Positions 33,664 to 46,329 are shown, counted from the whole stretch's first letter. The stretch is 63,529 nucleotides of DNA, filler included, from Rhizaria sp. SCN 62-66 (GCA_001724265.1; 3 parts of 3 records of this genome joined end to end with filler, not necessarily neighbours in it); one strand, 5' to 3'. The notes: generated from the sequence alone by a model not told the origin. Program-made: numbers and translations.

Positions 33664-35073
33664 TCACGCGAAGCGCCTCCGAAGCGCGACGTCCTGCAGC
33701 GAGAGGCCGACGGCGCGCTCCGGCCGCTGGTTCATCTCGCTGCGCGTGAGGTACTCAACCAGCAGGTCCTGGTACTCATCGGTGAAGTTGATCGGCAGCC
33801 CGGGGTCCCTGCGCGCGGCGGGGTTGGCGAGCGCAAGCCCGGCCGTGCGCGCCGTGGTCGTCACCAGCACGAGCGAGAAGATGGAGTAGAAGAGCCCGAA
33901 GGAGAAGGTGAACTGCGCGCCGGGTCCGCCGCGGACCGGCACCGAGGGCCAGGACCGCGTCAGCCCGAAGCGCCAGCCGATGCCGGCGTCGAAGCCGCGC
34001 AGCGTGAAGAAGATGACCAGCGCGGCGGCAGGGACGAAGAAGACCGAGGCCGTGATGGCGGGGCAAAGCGCTAGTGACCGCTGCTTGCGCGCGAGCGCGG
34101 AGCCGAGGCGCCGCTGCGTGATCCAGAGCGGGAAGCCGAAGATGACGATGAGCGCGTTCATGAGGAAGAAGTCCGCGGGAAGGCAGTACATCAGTCCCAC
34201 GGTGTCGGCCAGCGGGTGGCTCCACAGCACAAGCGGCGCGAGCGTAGCGACCACGAGCACGATCTCTGCGAAGAGCAGCAGCGCCATGGCCATCTGCCCG
34301 TCGCGGTGGCCGGCGCGCGTGAAGGGCACGCCCCGCTGCAGTGAGGCGTCCGTCAGCAACGCGCCGCCAGACAGCACGGGGTTGTCGCGCGCGCCTACCA
34401 GCGCCAGCGACGTCGCCGGGTGGTAGCGCACGCGCTCGGGGACGATCGAGACCGTCGTGCGCGGCACGGTCGACAGCGCTTGCATCGAGGCCACAGCGGC
34501 CGCGGCCGCGGCGGCCGCGGCCGCGGCGGTAGCGGCCGTCGCGGCGGCGACGTCCTGCGACGAGTACTGCGCCTGCGCAGGCTCGTTGCTGTAGACCGCG
34601 ATCGGCGCGGGCGCGACGGAGGCGGAGCCAAAGGTGGGCGGCGCGGGCACGGCCGAGAGGGGGCGCGCGGCGTAGCCGGGGGCGTCGGTGACCTCGGCGA
34701 CGGAGAGGTATGTGTCGGGAGACGTCATGGTGAGGCGCATGACGACGAGCGTGGCGATGAGCGCGGTGAGCGAGAGCGCGAACCAGACGTTTGCGACAAC
34801 GTCGGAGCCGGAGGGCTTGGCGCACGGCACGAGGTCAGTATGGAACGCGGACGTGGCCGTCATCGAGCTGCGCGAGGCCAGCGCCCGGGGGGAAGACAGT
34901 GCAGCAAAGTCGGCGACTGTGGGCTCAACGGGTGACTGCCCTGACGCAGCTGGAGAGGCCGTTGCGGATGAGATAGAGAGAAGAGTTGCTAAGAGCAGGA
35001 GCAGGAGGGCAGGAAGCTGTGCCCGCCGTAAATGGCCGCAGGACGCAGCGTGAAACGCGGGGGGCATGCGCAA
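33664..35073 (-). CDS. Signal-peptide-bearing multi-pass membrane protein, unknown function (first ATG 35067)
   Basis: Long GC-rich ORF with LLLLLLATLLS leader and about five hydrophobic helices; ends TGA. Confidence 0.7.
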   Translation of the reverse strand: MRMPPAFHAASCGHLRRAQLPALLLLLLATLLSISSATASPAASGQSPVEPTVADFAALSSPRALASRSSMTATSAFHTDLVPCAKPSGSDVVANVWFALSLTALIATLVVMRLTMTSPDTYLSVAEVTDAPGYAARPLSAVPAPPTFGSASVAPAPIAVYSNEPAQAQYSSQDVAAATAATAAAAAAAAAAAVASMQALSTVPRTTVSIVPERVRYHPATSLALVGARDNPVLSGGALLTDASLQRGVPFTRAGHRDGQMAMALLLFAEIVLVVATLAPLVLWSHPLADTVGLMYCLPADFFLMNALIVIFGFPLWITQRRLGSALARKQRSLALCPAITASVFFVPAAALVIFFTLRGFDAGIGWRFGLTRSWPSVPVRGGPGAQFTFSFGLFYSIFSLVLVTTTARTAGLALANPAARRDPGLPINFTDEYQDLLVEYLTRSEMNQRPERAVGLSLQDVALRRRFA

Positions 35074-35366
35074 CGGACTGCGTCAAAAAAGTTGTGTTGA
35101 TGGAGGTCCGACGCGGTGCAAGGGCGCTTGAGGGCTGCAGTGGGAAGACATGAAAGGTGTCGGGAGTCGTTTGAGGTCAAGTAACGGAGGGCTTAGGTGC
35201 AGGTCTAAGACACACTTATGCAGGTCTCAAGCAAAAATCATATTGCTAAAATAGCACCCAAAAGTATAACTCGCACAGGCACTTGTCAAAAGACAGCTTT
35301 ACGGAGAAATGACGGCGTATGCAACGGTTTTAAAGTCGCCCAAACATGTCCAGACTTGCCTACTTG

Positions 35367-35382
35367 TGACCGTGAGCAGCGG
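35367..35382 (+). promoter_or_regulatory. Recurrent upstream motif TGACCGTGAGCAGCGG
   Basis: In the divergent spacer just upstream of TRM112; 16/16 identical to the 26733 copy. Confidence 0.55.
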
Positions 35383-35448
35383 CTTAAAGTCTCGGTCCGA
35401 GGCTGAGAGATGGGGTGGCGAGGAGTCCGCAGCGGCGAAGTGCTGAAC

Positions 35449-36568
35449 ATGCGCCTGTTGACTCATAACCAACTGGTCTGTGGCCGTCAGGGTACGTTGA
35501 ATAGCGCTTTTGTGCTTCTTTACATTTTTCGCAGCGCGTCTTAGCGACTTTATTATTCTCAACGAGACCCTTTTTGGAAGCCACCACGCTCACCCATCTT
35601 TGCCCTTGCCCTGCCATCTCTTTCCCGCCACGCCGCAGGTTGCGACGACGCGTACCCGCTGCAGCTGACCTTCCAGGACGTCGAGCAGGTGGACACGGAG
35701 CCGAACCTGGCGATGGTGCTGCACATGCTGCGCCGCGTCGACTACAGCGTCCTCTACGGCGCCGCGGTTGCGCTAGGCATCGAGGTCCTCCCCGCCGAGC
35801 TTCCCGCCGATATGACCGAGAACTCGCACCGCGAGCTCCTCGAGACGCTTCACACCGTCATGTTTGACGTACGTTACACCGCCGCCTTGCGCGCTCCGCT
35901 TTGTCTATCTGTTAATGTCGTCCTATGTCATGACAGCGCCTTCGATCTCTCTTCCGATCGAGGCGTTAGGTCATCCTGTTTCTTTAGTATCCACACTTTA
36001 AGTCAAGACCTCTTGCTCCCTTTGTGTATGAGAGAGATCTGTTACAAGAGTGGAAAAGCAATTCCGTCCCCCGATCCACCGCATCGTTCTGACGCGGCCT
36101 GGGGGACTCTGCGCCGGACCATGAGTTGGCAGCACCCCGATAACGTTACATGAATGCAGCGCGGCTGTGTCCGCCAGTACCTCGCCACTTCACCCCCACG
36201 CTCTCGTCAGTTTTTGGCGTTCATAGCGCGGGGGCCCGGCGGGGGACAGCGGGCAACGCCGCGCTGGTTCGTCTGTCCCGAACCGGTGCCGCCTTAGTTT
36301 ATCCACGCACATTCTAAACAAATCCAGTTCCTTTCCCTTCACTCGATCGCTTCTTGTCTTCGACGAAACCTCTTTTATCGCGGATATATCTCACCTTTCT
36401 CTTTCTTTATCTGCTGTCTTTGTTTTATTTTGCGTCAATCTGCGTGTTATATAATCATTCTTTCAGATCGAGGTCAAGAAGGGCGAGCTCATGTGCCCCG
36501 TGTGCAAGCACTCGTTCCTCATCCGCGAGGGCATCCCCAACATCCGCCTCAACGAGTCCGAACTCTAA
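35449..36568 (+). CDS. TRM112: TRM112 methyltransferase activator; exons 35449-35491, 35639-35868, 36467-36568
   Basis: Spliced MRLLTHNQLVC..DAYPLQL..MLRRVDY..LLETLHTVMFDIEVKKGELMCPVCKHSFLIREGIPNIRLNESEL-TAA; both introns GTACGT..CAG. Confidence 0.93.
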
Positions 36569-36999
36569 GCGCAATAGTACATCTGCGTACTAGACCCCTT
36601 CTCTCTGTCGTGCAAGATGCATCACATTTTGACGCCCTGCCTCTCTGCCGAGCTGCTGAGTCCGCCACGCTTGCTTGATGACAATAAGCGTCAACCGGCT
36701 TGCTTTAGTAGCAGATGCAGCACGTCACGACGCCACTACAGTCGCTTGTCCTGAGCGAACTGTGAACTGAACTGATACCTAAACACTCCATCAAGAATCC
36801 TCACGCACACATCAAGATGTGAGGCTTCTCGGAGTCGCATCTATGCGACGTACATAGCTTGATACCTGGATTTTTCTTTTATTTTTGGATATAAATGATA
36901 CAGAATATATCCATTTTCTTTCTCTTTCGACTTCTTCAAGTCATTTAATACGTGTCTTCAACTTGATTTTGCAGTTTTCGCCAGTTTTGACTGGCGCAG

Positions 37000-37011
37000 T
37001 GACCGTGAGCA
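37000..37011 (+). promoter_or_regulatory. Recurrent upstream motif TGACCGTGAGCA
   Basis: Upstream of the SKI/DAC-like gene. Confidence 0.5.
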
Positions 37012-37663
37012 CCGCCGAGGTTGCGTGGCCCCGATTGTCATCATCGAGGAGTCGAGGAGTCGAACAACAGGCAAGGGGGTGGCCCCTCCAAAACCGAATC
37101 GACTGGCATCGTGTGAGCCGCGCGGGGAGGAAGTGTCGTGAATGAAGACATATTGAAACCCGTGTCGTTGTATTTGGATGTTAAAGTAAATATCTTGCGC
37201 GAGGAAAGCGGGAGCGAGGAAGTCGCTTTTCAATAATCCGGCCTTCTCTCGATGGGGACCGGAATTTTGATCAAGACAAAACGATACTAAATCGAGTCCG
37301 CAGCTTTTGCGAAGCGTAAAACCACGCTGTTTCGTGGCATTTGTTTCTACATTTAACTCCTAATTGCGCAGAGCAGCGATATGTATCGCGCGAAAGGCTG
37401 AGAAAGAGCTCGCCCAGCGGCCAAACTTCGGGACCAAGGAGGCCAACAAAGGTTGGTCCTCGACCGGACGGCCCGAGCAAGACGGAGAGTCGAGTCGTCG
37501 GTTTGCCTTTTGACTTTGCACTGCGCCAAATTGTGGGCGATGTTTCTGATTTTGCGTGAAATCGAGCCACTAACCTCACTCTGATTTATTCCTTTTTCTC
37601 TGCTAGTTCACCGCGCCGCTTCCAAGCTAGATAACTCGAAGGAGGGTGTCTAAAGAACCGTAA

Positions 37664-40629
37664 ATGGAGCTGCCCGTCAGTGCAACCCTCAAGACCCTGC
37701 TGGTCTTCCGCCCGGAGTCGGAGCTCGGCCCCTATGTCGCTGTCCGCATGATCGACAGCGCTGTGCTCCGCTCCGACCGCAACTCGCGCAAGCGCGGTCC
37801 CAGCGAACAGGCAATTCGCGCCAGCATTCGGCAAGGTACGTCGCTCCCCGCAAACCCCTGCCACTCTCGCCACATGCCAGGGTCACACTTTAGCTTCCTT
37901 TCTTGTCGTAGACGGCCTTTCTCGCCGCCGATTTGAGTGAGTCTTTGCTACATCATGTACAACGACTTGATTTTGATTACACCGAGTTTATTCGAGAAAC
38001 TGGCCACGTCTACATAGTTAATGCGCTCTATTCGGACCTGCTGTCTTTGCATTCTGCCTCCTGGTGTTCGAGCATGCCGCGTTCTTCAACTTCGTTATAA
38101 CCCTTCTCATACTCTTCTGTTGTGCATTATTTTTGCCGTTTTGCGTTAACCACACTCTGTTTAGCCATTCTGAACATGGCGCTCAAGTCAGAGCGTGCCA
38201 ACAAGGATGAAATTGCCATCCTTAAGTCCACCGGGGTTCTTGGCAAGCGTGCCCCGTCGTGCTCCCTGCTCAATGCCGAGGACACCATCCGTCTCCTCGC
38301 CGCCTTCGGCAAGGACGACATTGCCAAGGACCTCTCCGAGGCCTTTACCGCTTTCCGCGAGAAGCACCCCCTGCCGAACGGCACATACCGCCCCGCCATC
38401 GACCTCGCTGCCCTGACGCCCGCTTCGCGCATCCTTATCTCCTCCTCTCTGGGCGCCGACGACGAGGAAGGCGAGGACGACCACCACGGCGACTACCACG
38501 GCCTTCACGGCCACGGCAGCGCAGAGCTCGATGCCGCGGGCTACTTGCTCAATGCCCACGGCCACGGCCACCACGACGGCAGCGGCAACAGCTACTTCGC
38601 TTCTGCACTGCACAACGCCGCCGCCGCCGCCGCCGCTGCTGCGGGGCTGTCGCTGTCGCACGCGCACGCGCACTCGTACTCGCACCTCGCGCACGCGCAC
38701 GGCATGCTCCCCGGCGGCGCCCCCTCGTCCGCTCTCCGCGCCGCCGCTTCGTACAACAGCGGTCTCGCCAACGGCAACAGCTTTGCCAACAATAGTCACA
38801 ACAGCTACGTTGCCGCCGCGCCCGTGCGCCGCCAGCGCCTGGGCGCGGGCCCGCGCGCCGCGCCCGGCTACGACTACGGCGCCGAGCCCTCCGCAGCCGG
38901 CGCCGCCGCGGGCGAGGACATGGACGAAGACGGCATCTACGACCGCAGCTCACGCGTCCGGCGCGCTGCAGCGCACGCCGCCATCGCAGGCCACGGCGCC
39001 GCTGCTGCGCACGCCGCCGCTGCGGGCGCGATGGGCCCCGCGCAGGCGAACATGTTCAGCCGCGGTGCCGCGAACGGCTCGAGCGCGGCGGCGACCGCGG
39101 CTGCCTACAGCCTCCTCGGTCTCAGCAACCCCGCCGCCAACAACAACAACAGCAGCAGCAGCTACGGCGGCAGCTCCAGCATCGGTTCGTACCTCTCGCA
39201 GGCAGCGGCCGCCGCCGCCGCCGCGCTTTCCCACAGCAACGGCACCGCCGCCAACGGCAACAGCGGCAGCAGTCTGCCCATGCACACGGGCCTCGGCGTG
39301 CTCGGCCTGAGCACTGCCGCAAGCCTCACGGCCGCAGCCAGTCTGACCGGCTCCGTTGCCGGCTCCGTCTCCGCTGCGTCCTCGCTGCCGCGCGCGCTGT
39401 CGGCGTCCAGCCTGGCGCCCAGCCCCGTGGCCGCCAGTCCCCTTGCCAGCACCACCGGCAACGCCAGCGGTGGCTCCGTGAACGGTGTCAGTGCCGGTGT
39501 CGCTGCGTACCAACGCGCCGCCGCCGCCGCCGCCGCCGCGCGCAGCTTCCCCAGCGCGTTCCCCCTCTCTGCCGCCGCAGCCGCCGCCGCGAACAACAAC
39601 AACGGCAGCAACAACAACAATGGCAACGGCAATGGCAACAACAGTAGCGTGCTGCCGGTGACCGCGCTCGCCCTCTGCGGCAGCATCAACAGCAACAACG
39701 CTCTGCGCCGCTTCGGCCACGCCGGCGCCGCCAGCGCACTCGCGCCCTCCGCCGCGTCCACCGCCGCGACTGCCGCGCCGCTGGCGCTCGCTGCTGCGCT
39801 CGGCCCCGCCGCGCTCTCTGCTAACGTCGGTCACGCTGCTGCAACCGCTGGCTCTAGCGCCGCGAGTAGCATGGGGCCCGTGTCGCCGCTCGCCACGCGC
39901 CCGCTGCTCTCGCCCTCGTCCTCGCACTCCAGCCACGGCAACAACGCCAACGGCTCCGCCGTCGCCCGCGTTCTCCCCTTTGCCGGCGCCCCTGTCACCT
40001 CTACGGCGACTACGGCGAGCGCTGGCTCCGCGCCCACGTCCGTCTCTAGCACCCCCGTCGCCCCTGTCCCCGCCGCTGCGTCTGCCCCCGCCGTCGCTGT
40101 CCCCGCCGCCGCCGCGTCTGCGTCGACTGCGTCTGCGTCGACGGCGGCGCTGCTGTCGACGCTGGTGGACGCCGAGACGGCGGCGAAGCTGATTCGCTCG
40201 CCCAAGGAGGGCGCGCGCATGCAGTACGGCAACAAGCGCCGCCCCGCGCTGCTCGCCGCCGCCTCGGCCTTCGCGGCCCCTTACGGCAACAGCGCCGGCG
40301 TCTCGAGCCCTGTCGCCAGCAACAGCAACAACAGCAACAGCAGCAACAGCATCGCGAGTCTCGCTCTCTACGCCCAGCAGCAGCAGCAGCAGCAGCAGCA
40401 GCTCAGCGCTCTCCAGGCCTTATTCCGTCCCCAGCCCTCCCTCCAGGCCCAGGCCCAGGCCCAGGCCCATACCCAGCAGCAGCAGCAGCAGATGTCGATG
40501 AGTGCGGCGGCCATGGATGTGCTGTCTGGCCGCGCCAACCAGCGCCTCACTGCCGAGACGCTGCTCCACGCCGTGCTCTACGCTTCGGCCAACAACAACG
40601 GAAACAGCGCTAACGGCAACGGCAACGGC

Positions 40630-40689
<60 letters not shown>

Positions 40690-41088
40690 AGCAACGGCAA
40701 CGGCTGGAACGGCGCTGGTGCTGTTGAGAGCGAGACGATGGTGCTGCTGCGCCAGCTGCAGCAGCAGCACGAGCAGCAGCAGCAGCAGCAGCAGCAGGCT
40801 CAGGCCCAGGCTCAGCAGCAGCAACAGCAGCAGCAGGCGCAGCTCGCGCAGATGCTCTTGCAGATCCAGCAACAGCAACAGCAGCAGCAGGCTCAGCAGC
40901 AGCAGCAGCAGGAGCAGCAGGGTGTCACCATGGCGGCAGTCACCGACGCGTTCCTCGCCGCGCGCGCCCAGGCCTCCGCCGCACCCGCCAACAACAACAA
41001 CAACAACAATGGTAACAACAATGGCGGCCTGAGTGTCAACGACATTGCTGCGCTGCTAGCGTCGCTGCAGCAGGCACAGGCGATGTAA
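37664..41088 (+). CDS. Putative transcription regulator: N-terminal SKI/SNO/DAC-like domain plus long A/S/N/Q-rich tail; exons 37664-37835, 38165-41088
   Basis: EIAILKSTGVLGKRAPSCSLLNAEDTIRL resembles Ski [35 protein letters not shown]..TAG intron; polyQ/polyN tracts; ends TAA. Confidence 0.75.
40630..40686 (+). repeat. (AAC)n coding microsatellite (poly-Asn)
   Basis: Uninterrupted AAC run in frame; (CAG)n runs nearby. Confidence 0.9.
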
Positions 41089-43525
41089 GGAGGCCATGTA
41101 AGAGACACTAAACACGTGTCTTGATGGAAGAGCCTTGTGTGCTCTCGCTCAGTTATTCACTCTCGCGTTCGCCGTGTGTTTTGTTTCTTTTCTTTTTCAA
41201 TCTCAACAACTACAGCAACAATGACTCTAGCACCGCTGTCAAGAACAAATTTCATGACATCATCCTTCTCAACAACAAAAAAACAATAGCAAAGCAAAAA
41301 AAAATAACGATTCTATCAATAATCATTCTTACAAAATAGTCCCTGTGTCGCTGCATGTACCTCCCTGCCTTTGCCATTGTCATGATTGCCTCATTGGCTC
41401 TGGCGACCGCGCTGGTGCTGACACGGACGCAAACTCTTCATTTTTTCATATCTCTCATTCTCTCTCGCGTTCACTGTAGTGCTCGCTGATTCTAATTATT
41501 ACCTCACTCACGGCATCGTAGCGCGCTTTGTCGTAGTCTTCAATCACTTTGTTTTACTTTAATTTTCACCATCTCGCTTTGGCGACTCATGTACACTCTT
41601 TTGCTGTTTAATGAGCCCTCTCGTTCGTCTTTTGCTGGGTCCTTCTTTCGGTTCACTTCGTTTGTTAAGGCTTTTCCAGCTTGAAGACGTATTATCCTTC
41701 AGTTCTGTCTTTGTCTTTCGTCTCTGCTTGGTTGTTTCTCTCGCCTTCATTTATTTTGATCTTCTTGACTTCGACGACAACACCACCTTTGGTGTGGCCA
41801 CCGGACCCGATACCCTGACTGCACTTCATCAGTCAGCGCTTGTATCGGTGGTTCTCCCTCTCCTTTGGGTTCCGTGTCGCTCCGTCGAGCTCAGTGTTTG
41901 CTCAGTCGCCCAGTTTAACTCAGCACTCCTTAGTCTATGCTTAATCTAGCTCAGCTTAGTGCAGTCGCTTTGTTGCTGTCATCGTCCGATTCGCGCGAGT
42001 GTGTGCGTGTGTGTGTGTGTATCACGAAATTTCATCAAAGAGCGGTCTCTGCCAACGGCACGTTGGAGCTGCCCCCATCGTTTTCGTCTCACGCACTCAT
42101 GTTCACTGCTTTTAACCTCTCTTTCTTCATTGTCTCTTCTTTTTTCCTGGCTGTCTCAATTTGGCCTGTTGTCAATCACCCTTTCATATTCCTTTGTCTC
42201 TGTTCTCTGTTCTCTGCCCCCCCTCGTCAGTTCGTTCCTTCATCACCATCACATCGTCATCATTCCCAATCTCGCTCTCGCTATTGTTAGTGTCAGCCTC
42301 AGCTTTTTTAATCTTTATCTCGCTCTGACGCGCTCCTGTGCTTCCGTTGTGCACGGTCATTGTCCGCGGGCTCACACCCGCAATGCCTCAATTGCACTCT
42401 GATCACTGCTCTACACAGTCCTTTAGTTTCTCCCTCGTCATAACAATACACTCATCCTACTAGTCTCATACTATAAGCTTTCTTCGTTATACGTTTTAAT
42501 ATTATATTATCCGTCATTCCCTGCTCTGATTGTACTACTTCTCCGCACACTTCGTCTTTCGCTGACGAGGAAGCAATTGTCTTTGTTTATGTTGTTATCC
42601 CGGTTTTGTCAGCAATGATGCTTTTAGTAGCATTCTTCCTGTCATGACGTGCCGTTACATTGCGTTTGCGGCTTTATCCTAGATGTCCTGGCAGCTCAGT
42701 ATCGTTTGCCCCTCACTGTGCCACGCTTCCATTGATTCCCACGACTCTGCTCTACGCGTTACAGACCAGGCTTTAAACGCGTACTCCTACCAACAGCGAA
42801 CATACATCAAGTCCTTTGTTTAGCATACTACCTTAAAACAGCATCAAGTTCTTTATTTGAGTCCGCATTCAAGTCATACTCGTAATGAGCGACGATTATC
42901 ACGACATCACGCAACGAAACGACATTACGAATAAAGCATGCGCATCTCAGTCGAGTCTATGCAACTTGGCACTTGTCATGTAGCTATGTGCATGTACCAC
43001 AATGATGGTATTCTTATTACTGTTACTACGCTGTCGCTGATCTTTGTTGTGACTGCTCGCAGTCGGCTTGTGACCAATATCGTTCAGCCGATGCCAAAAA
43101 CATGTCAGTCTCGAATAAACATACCAAAGAATCATCAATAACATAAAAATAAGCGTTTTAATAAATTGCCTAACATTTGATAAGCTATATCTTTGTTTTA
43201 AAAACATAGAGCAATCTCCTGACGAAACGTCAACTTTTTAATACTACTAGCAGTACTCGTACTAGTAACATGTGACAAAGCATTTGATGCGAGCTATGAG
43301 GAGAAGAAACAAGGATTTTGATGACAATGAATTCTCCTTTGTATAGTGCGTAATTAAGGGACAAAACCAAAAATGACATAAAAATAATTCTAAAAATGTT
43401 AATAATAACTCAATCTACCCAAAGTTTGAGGCAGAGCAATAATGTTCCAATTTTGTACTTTAATATTTTATATACCAAATTTTAACGTAAAAATCACATC
43501 AAATTCAAGAGGAATTAGGTGAAAC

Positions 43526-43598
43526 AGTTCTATAGCTCAGTGGTATGAGCATTGGTCTAATAAGCCAATGGTCCTGGGTTCGACCCCCAGTAGGACTA
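43526..43598 (+). tRNA. tRNA-Ile(AAT)
   Basis: Acceptor AGTTCTA/TAGGACT, anticodon arm TTGGT-CTAATAA-GCCAA, T-loop TTCGACC, followed by an oligo-T Pol III terminator. Confidence 0.95.
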
Positions 43599-45516
43599 TT
43601 TTTTTTGCATTTAACCTCCATGGCGCCTTCCGGCCCCCTGCACTTTTATTTTGCTCTTGTTAACGCTGTCTGGCACTCCGTCACACTCCGCTGCAGTCCA
43701 CCGCTCGGCTGCATTCTGCCACACCGCCCACCACCACCAGGTGCTTCCACTGTCACTCCATTGCTTTGTGTCCGAGTGCACTCTTAGGTCCGTCTAATTG
43801 CTGCTCCGTTGTTTGTGCTCTTGATTGTCACTGTTACAGCAGGTACCGTTGTCGTAGGCGCACTTAAGACGCTGGTTATGCCATTGGCCACTCAAGATTG
43901 TACCAGACGGCTCTTGGTTGCTCGAAACACGCCGTTGTGGGACATCTATCTCGAGTCGCTCAACATTTATTAGACTCGATCTACGGCCTTATGCATGACA
44001 ACAGTGACTCATGTTGCGATTTCACAACTTAGAGCATCGAACACTGCTGCGAACAGATCATCGTCAGAGTTTATGACGAACTAATGCCGATGGTCGCGCT
44101 CAGACCAATACCGCAGACCCATAGGTAGCAGATGTCTTAGTTGTTACTAAAGATAAAAAATGACAGAAGAATGCTAGACGTACTGGTCTAGCTTTCTGGC
44201 TGCAACATCAAACAGCTGACTGCTCTGTGCTGGCTAAGAGGACAGCATGATCTAACAACATACTTACATGAGGAGCGCCAGAAACAGTCGAATCTATGTG
44301 CATCCACAAAAGAAAAACACGTGTATTTCCGATCTTGCAGGTTAAGCGCACAGCGAGCCGTGATTTGGTGCACCATCAACGGTGGCACTGACGGTAATGC
44401 CGCGAACGGAATGGCGCTGATACTGACACTGATGCAGTTGGTGCGAGTGCTAGTGACGTTGCAATGTCAGATAACCCTGCGATCAAAGGCACTAACACTG
44501 GCACGATGTATGTTATGACAACATATACCCCTCAGACATGAGTTCAACGAATGTAAGGTGTGCTTCCTTCAGTTTAACTGCGGTTGAAAAAATTGCACTA
44601 CCCGTAATTTGGTACCAAACTAAAACAAAAAAGTGACCCGAACATAACCCTAATATAACAAGCGACCATAGTAGTAACGTATAAAAAATACGTTGCATTT
44701 GCTGCATCTGTTATTTGCAAAGTGCGGGAGTCGTAGATATGACTGCGCCGTTTGTGCGATTGAAGTCGGTATTACAGAGTATACTAGTATTAATGCGAGC
44801 AATCAAGCGTATAAGCCATCAAAGGCCAAAAAAAATAGAGATCCATAATCAAATTGAAGTCGAAAAGTGCATAGAGATGCTTGAAGCACGAAAAACAGAC
44901 TATAGCTTGCGAAATCGAGACAGGTGATGGCTTGGGGCGCTTTGACTGGGAGCCAAGTGAAGCACTCTCTCAGCACTGCTAGTTGTTGTGCTGCAAAGAA
45001 TCACATCAGCACACTATAAAAAGTGTCCTTACAAATCAAATACGAGCGCAAATCTTGTTTCCAGAGACTTTTACACCTAAGGGTGACACTTTTCAAGGAA
45101 GATCATAAACGACGTTGAGCAGCAGTCCTGTGGGCCTTCAGTTTAACGATGTTTCTGATAGACCAAGGTGGTCACTGTAAGTGTGATTAACAGGCAATGC
45201 AGAAAATATAACATTATCATCCATCATCAACGTCACAACGCGTTTAATGGAGCCTGAACCTCTACACAGGATTGTGATCTTGCGATTTGGGACGTTGCCT
45301 GAGCAGTCGGTCCGCTTCAAGAACTTCAAAAATACGCGTCCCAATAGCTTGGATAGAGGATATTTGCAAAAAAATATGATTAAATGTGTTGTTTAACTGT
45401 GTTTGCCCTGCTTAAGGGCTATGTAAGATCCATATTGAAGAGCTATACACGAATATGTGTGTTGTATAAAAACTATTAATAACTAAAATCAAAGAACCAA
45501 TTACATCAAATCAGCA

Positions 45517-45598
45517 GTGTCGATAGATAAGTGGTTTAAATCGTTAGATTCAGGTTCTAATGTCTCCGGACGCGCGGGTTCGAACCCCGTTCGACACA
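45517..45598 (+). tRNA. tRNA-Leu(CAG)
   Basis: Acceptor GTGTCGA/TCGACAC, TTAGA-TTCAGGT-TCTAA, long variable arm, oligo-T downstream. Confidence 0.95.
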
Positions 45599-46329
45599 TT
45601 CTCTTTTTTTTGCCCCTTCCAGACCTTCCCGACATTTAATCATTCGCCGGGAGAATTCTACTTTCTTTTTTGCATCTTTTTGCATGCTGTCACCGCTTCG
45701 TTCCTGTTGACAAATTGCAGCGTCAGCGAGCCATCATCAGTGCGACTGGCTAACAACAACTTGATCAAGGGTACAGTACGCAAAAAGTTATTAACTGAAA
45801 TAACTGTTAAATAGCTGATAGTATGCACTGGGCAACCTCCGTAGGCAGCATGAACCGCATGTACACCGCAGCGCTGCTTCGTTGCTATGCCCAATATGTG
45901 CTCCAAAGTAGAGGCCACTGGCCGATGGATTCAACTTGTATAATACAGCTGCGAGTGTCGTTTACTCGAGTCACTATGACGACTTTTAACTAGTCCTGCG
46001 TAGTGTCACTCTTCGGCCCAACTAAGTGCAGCATGACGGCAACATCATCGGAGTCATAAAGAAGTCACAACTTGAACAAAAAAGTGATCGTGGCATAAAA
46101 CGTGATCTATTAATATTCAAATATGAAAGAAAAGTCGAGAGCGCGAAAACTCCCAGAGAAAGACTCTGTCGTGTTACAATGTCACAATCAGCAGTAATGT
46201 GTTGTAGGCCAGAGGAATTCTCATGGATACTAATACTATTGCAGCAACCTCATTGAATTGTCAATCATCAATATTAATATAAAATATTTTTGCTTCAAGT
46301 ACAAGTCAAGTAGAACTGACAACAGTACA

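Noticed and set aside
36055-36153. snR30/U17-like m1/m2 motifs (ATTCC...ACCAT) or RNase MRP in the TRM112 intron
   Set aside because: Motifs are imperfect, the ACCAT-to-ACA spacing is too long, and the MRP/P terminal conserved region is absent
35449-36568. Functional link between TRM112 (eRF1 methyltransferase partner) or HGH1 and UAG reassignment
   Set aside because: Ordinary housekeeping genes; proximity in a eukaryotic genome is not evidence
37040-37502. GAGTCG/CGACTC words recurring in spacers (also ~7108, 16789, 22687, 59232)
   Set aside because: Too short and variable to distinguish from chance without a statistical test
43552-43568. CTA inside the tRNA anticodon arm as a possible UAG-decoding tRNA
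   Set aside because: The stem TTGGT/GCCAA fixes the loop as CTAATAA with anticodon AAT (Ile); a CTA-centred loop has no stem. No CUA tRNA was found in this window
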